Positions 60,355-64,000 of a stretch of DNA of 64,000 nucleotides are shown here, piece by piece (the stretch's first letter is position 1; each line of letters begins with the position of its first letter). Location of the stretch: NCBI GenBank assembly GCA_964513645.1, contig CAZENF010000003.1, forward strand, positions 26,425 through 90,424. The letters run 5' to 3'. Position numbers and translations under genes: made by a program. The stretch comes from an uncultured Candidatus Saccharibacteria bacterium. GTDB taxonomy: Bacteria; Patescibacteriota; Minisyncoccia; 2-02-FULL-40-12; GWA2-44-9. The notes under the pieces are model-generated. The model had not been told where the DNA came from. It ran no database searches and saw only the letters and a list, made by a program, of their open reading frames with translations.

Positions 60355-61025
60355 TTCAATTCGACTTTGTAAAAATGCTCTGGCCGCTGTGGGTGCTTAT
60401 AGGAGTGCTTGTAGTTACTCGCGTTGTTATTGAAGTGGTCATACCTGACCTTTTTCATAGTTGGCAAAACCGAAGGAAGTTTCGTGCAGGAGAGAAATGG
60501 CGTTCTGATAGAGAGCTCTTACAGTGGCTCCGCGGCATGAAGCCGGCAGAGTTTGAGGATTATATTGCCGACCTCTTTTCTCGTTTGGGATATAAGACAC
60601 AAGCCACTGGTAAATCACACGATGGAGGCATTGATGTTATTGCAGAGAAAGACGGCAAGACAAGCTATATTCAATGCAAGAAATTCATCACTCAAGAGGT
60701 TACTGTTGGAGCGGTCCGAGATTTCTACGGCGCTTTGGTTGACCATGTGGGTAATGGCAAAGGTTATTTCATCACTACAAATAAATTTACCCTTGAGGCC
60801 GAGAAATTCGCCGAGGATAAGCCGATTGAGCTCGTAGATGGGTTTGACCTTGTTCGCTATATCCGCATGACAAATAAAGATACCGAGACCCTGAAAACTA
60901 TCCAAACAACACCCACTAAATGCCCGGAGGATGGTGGCACGCTTGTAGAGCGCACAGGTAAATTCGGAAAATTCTTGGGTTGCTCAAATTATCCAAAGTG
61001 TCGTTATACCGCGGCAATCAAATGA
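60351..61025 (+). CDS. Mrr-like restriction endonuclease with N-terminal TM helix and C-terminal topoisomerase zinc ribbon
   Basis: EFE..IA.LF...GY, DGGIDV, IQCK, FLGCSNYPKC. Confidence 0.85.
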   Translation: MIQFDFVKMLWPLWVLIGVLVVTRVVIEVVIPDLFHSWQNRRKFRAGEKWRSDRELLQWLRGMKPAEFEDYIADLFSRLGYKTQATGKSHDGGIDVIAEKDGKTSYIQCKKFITQEVTVGAVRDFYGALVDHVGNGKGYFITTNKFTLEAEKFAEDKPIELVDGFDLVRYIRMTNKDTETLKTIQTTPTKCPEDGGTLVERTGKFGKFLGCSNYPKCRYTAAIK

Positions 61026-61026
61026 C

Positions 61027-62688
61027 ATGGAAAAAGATTTTTTATTGTTCAATGATTTTTTCAAAAAATTTGATGAGCTTGGAAAAGGAGAATGGATAAC
61101 CGCTTACTCATCGAACGACAGAGATAACCCAAAAGAGTGGGCCACTTTTTTCTGCGCCCTTGTTTCCAATAGCCACATTGAGAAGTCCTTGAAAGACCCA
61201 TCGTGGGATTTGACCATTGGTAGAGGTTTGCCCGGCTTTTCTTTTACATGGAAAGATGGCAAACAAATAGGTAGTTATTCAAAGATTGCAGATGAAGGTA
61301 TAGAGCCGCTCGTGATGAGTCGAAGTTTTCATGGAATGAAAGATGGTTACTGGGAGGTTTCGGAAGAATTTCGCTATTACTTCAACCTCTACGAAGACAA
61401 AAGAAATAACAAATTTATTTTGATTGATGATAATGGGGATGATGAAGATGTAATTTCAATGTCAGAGAATGAAATAAGAATCAAAACCCGTCTTATCAAA
61501 GAATTTGCGGCTGCCAAAAAGATGCACCTTGCCATATTTTTTGATTTCATCAGATTTTCCCCGAAAACCATTGAAGAATTGGACATCAAGGAATACCACG
61601 AGCATAAAACAGGCGCGGACTTCGTGTATTCAATCGGTGCAAGGAATTGGGATGGATTCGGAGAAGATGGCAGAAAATCAAATGGTTTTCTGATGGGCAA
61701 GAAGCTAATCCCCGGTCTGAAAGATTTTGCTCCAAAAATGTTTGATTACGAGAATAAACAGTATGCAGATTTCGCTATTGGTGTTGATGAGAATGGAAAA
61801 GAAATAAATTTCACTTCTGACGAAGAGAAGTTGGCTAACTACTTCGGAAAAAATAAAGGTGCCCCACTTTATGTAACTCCAGTATTTTTCAAGAAAGAAG
61901 TGCTATCAAAATACTACTCGCAGCCAGAAAAATACTCGGTTGAAGATGGCTACCTGCGTTGTGGAGGCATGTGGGGCTTGCGAATGGATGATAATCACCC
62001 GAATTTTGTTATGGTATTTCTCGGTGATTTGGGGCACTTGTCCTACAAAGAGCAGCTCTATTGGAAAGGTTTCAATGTGGCCACAAAAGAAAAGATAAGC
62101 TACACCGCTTTTACGAGAAGTTTTGAAGGTCAATTTTCAGACCCAGAAAACCCTGCCTTATTTTTCAAACAAAAACTTGATTCCTTCCAGAAGGAGTGGG
62201 AGAAAAAATTTGCTTGGAAACTTTTCCGCCCATTATCTCAAGGTGATGAACATCATCTCAAGACACTGCGAGTGCCTTTGACAAACGAACAAAAAGAGTT
62301 TGATGAGCAAATTCTTTCGCTAACAAAAGTTTTTATAGATTCACTCAACGAACAAGAATTGGCGAAAGGACTGGTATTGAAAGACGGTGCAAAGGGCCTT
62401 GATAAGTTGGAAGTGTTTTTTCAGTCCAAAAATGTAAGATTTCGCGGCATGATTGAATTTTTGCGTGACCTACAAGAGTTGAGGTCAACAGGCGTTGCTC
62501 ATCTGAAAGGCAGTAAATACGATAAAATCAAGACAACTTTTGGTATTGGCCAAAAGGACTTGTCCAAAGTTTTCGTTGATATTTTAGTAAACTGTATAAC
62601 CACAATGAATTCTTTGGAAAATCATTTTGTTCAAAAGGATGAACATTTGAAAGCTGTCCCCGGTATATCATCAGACAAGAGCCAATAG
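61027..62688 (+). CDS. Uncharacterised protein, candidate HEPN-type defence effector
   Basis: 553 aa; C-terminal helical region with LRSTGVAH (R-x5-H). Confidence 0.55.
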   Translation: MEKDFLLFNDFFKKFDELGKGEWITAYSSNDRDNPKEWATFFCALVSNSHIEKSLKDPSWDLTIGRGLPGFSFTWKDGKQIGSYSKIADEGIEPLVMSRSFHGMKDGYWEVSEEFRYYFNLYEDKRNNKFILIDDNGDDEDVISMSENEIRIKTRLIKEFAAAKKMHLAIFFDFIRFSPKTIEELDIKEYHEHKTGADFVYSIGARNWDGFGEDGRKSNGFLMGKKLIPGLKDFAPKMFDYENKQYADFAIGVDENGKEINFTSDEEKLANYFGKNKGAPLYVTPVFFKKEVLSKYYSQPEKYSVEDGYLRCGGMWGLRMDDNHPNFVMVFLGDLGHLSYKEQLYWKGFNVATKEKISYTAFTRSFEGQFSDPENPALFFKQKLDSFQKEWEKKFAWKLFRPLSQGDEHHLKTLRVPLTNEQKEFDEQILSLTKVFIDSLNEQELAKGLVLKDGAKGLDKLEVFFQSKNVRFRGMIEFLRDLQELRSTGVAHLKGSKYDKIKTTFGIGQKDLSKVFVDILVNCITTMNSLENHFVQKDEHLKAVPGISSDKSQ

Positions 62689-62772
62689 CTGACTAACTTG
62701 GCTTATTACAAGGTCAGGAACAGGCACGGCTCTGGACCAATCGTAAGTTCGAAACGCGTGCTGCCATGCGAG
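62671..62772 (-). other. Alternative (excised-state) C-terminal coding segment of the serine recombinase
   Basis: LAWQHAFRTYDWSRAVPVPDLVISQVSQLLALV-stop, in frame with the recombinase across the GAGC core. Confidence 0.8.
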
Positions 62773-62846
62773 CAAGACAAGACAGCTTTAGAACTTTACA
62801 AAATACAGCCAAAGCGGTATTTTGTTTATAGTTTTTAAGGGAGAGA

Positions 62847-63149
62847 GTGTATATGAACAGATCCTTAAATCTTGGTAAGCAGAATCAGTATAGAGAGATT
62901 TACCTTGAAGTGCATCGAAGAATGGTTGCTTGCGGCCTTGAAAGAGAGAGTTTGGCAGCAATGGCAAGGGCTCTACAACACGAACTCCTGTGTCCGAGTG
63001 ATACGATATCAAATGCTAAACCTCTTGAAGTTATAATGAGAGCCGTTACTGCAGTTCTTGAGGGAGATCCTGAATCAGCAAATTATATAAAGGAAAAACT
63101 AATTTTAGGTGGTAATGATTTATTAAATGATTTACCTAATACCGACTAA
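62847..63149 (+). CDS. Hypothetical protein
   Basis: 100-aa ORF after GGGAGA, followed by a terminator-like hairpin. Confidence 0.45.
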   Translation: MYMNRSLNLGKQNQYREIYLEVHRRMVACGLERESLAAMARALQHELLCPSDTISNAKPLEVIMRAVTAVLEGDPESANYIKEKLILGGNDLLNDLPNTD

Positions 63150-63260
63150 CGTCGGTTTTTATTTTGCTCGAGACGTGTTGGAGAGTAAAAATAAACAATA
63201 GCTTAAAAACCCTCCTTAAAACAAAATCCCTGTACGGGGATTTTATTTTTTGGAAATTGT

Positions 63261-64000
63261 TTACCTCGACCTGCTCCTTCTCCAGCGGGGAGGGCCTTTT
63301 CGTAAGTAGCTGTTGCGTCCGAATCTTTTAGGAGGTGCATCTGATAGGAATGTCTGGCCGCCATGAGATTTTACCGGAATTTCTTTTCTAACTAACCGTT
63401 CTATGTCCCGAACATCACGTTTTTGGTCGGGCATGGCAAATGAAATGGCTTTTCCGCTGTCTCCGGCTCTGCCTGTCCGGCCGATCCGGTGGACATAATC
63501 CTGCACATTATCGGGTAATTCAAAATTTATTACCATTTTAATTCCCCGGACATCTATGCCACGGGCGGCAATGTCAGTGGCGACTAAAATACGATATGCG
63601 CCGGATTTGAATCCTGACATCGCGGCCATTCTCTGGCTTAGTGAGCGGTCTGAATGAATTTCGACTGCTTTGTAGTGCATGTCCTGGAGGGCTCCGCAAA
63701 CTTTGCGGGCGCCATGACGGGTGCGCGTGAACAATAATACTTGCCCGGGATTTTCTTCCAGAATTTTTAAAAGTAAAGGAAACCTGTCTTGTTTTTGAAC
63801 CAGAAATATTTCCTGGTCAACCAATTCGGCTGCAGTTCCGGCCGGAGCAACTTCAACCCGGACCGGCGAGGTCATATATGCGGCGGATATCTTAACTATC
63901 TCACTGGGCATGGTAGCCGAGAACAACATTGCCTGACGCTCTTGAGGTATAAGACTGAATATTTTTCTTATTTGAGGCTCAAAGCCGATATCAAGCATAC
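63261..64000 (-). CDS. DEAD-box RNA helicase (C-terminal part)
   Basis: MLDIGF, SAT, ATDIAARGID, HRIGRTGRAG; the 5' part lies outside the window. Confidence 0.93.
   Translation of the reverse strand, partial: MLDIGFEPQIRKIFSLIPQERQAMLFSATMPSEIVKISAAYMTSPVRVEVAPAGTAAELVDQEIFLVQKQDRFPLLLKILEENPGQVLLFTRTRHGARKVCGALQDMHYKAVEIHSDRSLSQRMAAMSGFKSGAYRILVATDIAARGIDVRGIKMVINFELPDNVQDYVHRIGRTGRAGDSGKAISFAMPDQKRDVRDIERLVRKEIPVKSHGGQTFLSDAPPKRFGRNSYLRKGPPRWRRSRSR

Larger units (their letters stand above)
50675..62773. mobile_element. 12.1-kb integrative defence island at tRNA-Asn
   Basis: GAGC core at 50675-50678 and 62770-62773; joining the ends restores an in-frame recombinase tail; carries an excisionase-like HTH and R-M cargo. 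Confidence 0.85.

Noticed and set aside
62721-62766. tRNA-like fragment (GTTCGAA...GCCA) as a degenerate tRNA or long att duplication
   Set aside because: It forms no cloverleaf and is better explained as the attP arm encoding the recombinase tail.

Overview
This 64-kb window looks like a small-genome bacterium, most likely Patescibacteria/CPR (Parcubacteria-like). That assignment is inferred from gene style and not proven. Housekeeping genes include rnj, secG, a uvrC-like gene, groES/groEL with a CIRCE, lemA, htpX, bcp, cdd, dnaG, rpoD, tdk, ABC exporters and a partial DEAD-box helicase. There are three tRNAs: Leu-CAG, Ser-GGA and an Asn-GTT split by a 185-nt group I intron. The main finding is a 12.1-kb element integrated at the tRNA-Asn 3' end (50675-62773). 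Its large serine recombinase carries attP inside its own 3' end, so integration and excision swap the protein's C-terminus. The orphan tail sits in frame at the far end of the element. attP mimics the tRNA T-loop with a 5-bp offset. A second, recombinase-less remnant at tRNA-Ser (25370-27339) has exactly the same geometry. The element's cargo is a type III R-M system plus further nucleases. Other notable items are: an mxaRSACKL-like MoxR/VWA cluster beside a PQQ-dehydrogenase-like gene; diderm-type envelope genes (an Omp85-like barrel fusion and a GWxTD-like protein) that share a promoter + boxA-like + strong SD architecture missing from the housekeeping genes; and several unexplained structured non-coding elements, one present in two covarying copies. 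All family calls come from motif recognition by eye; no database searches were run.
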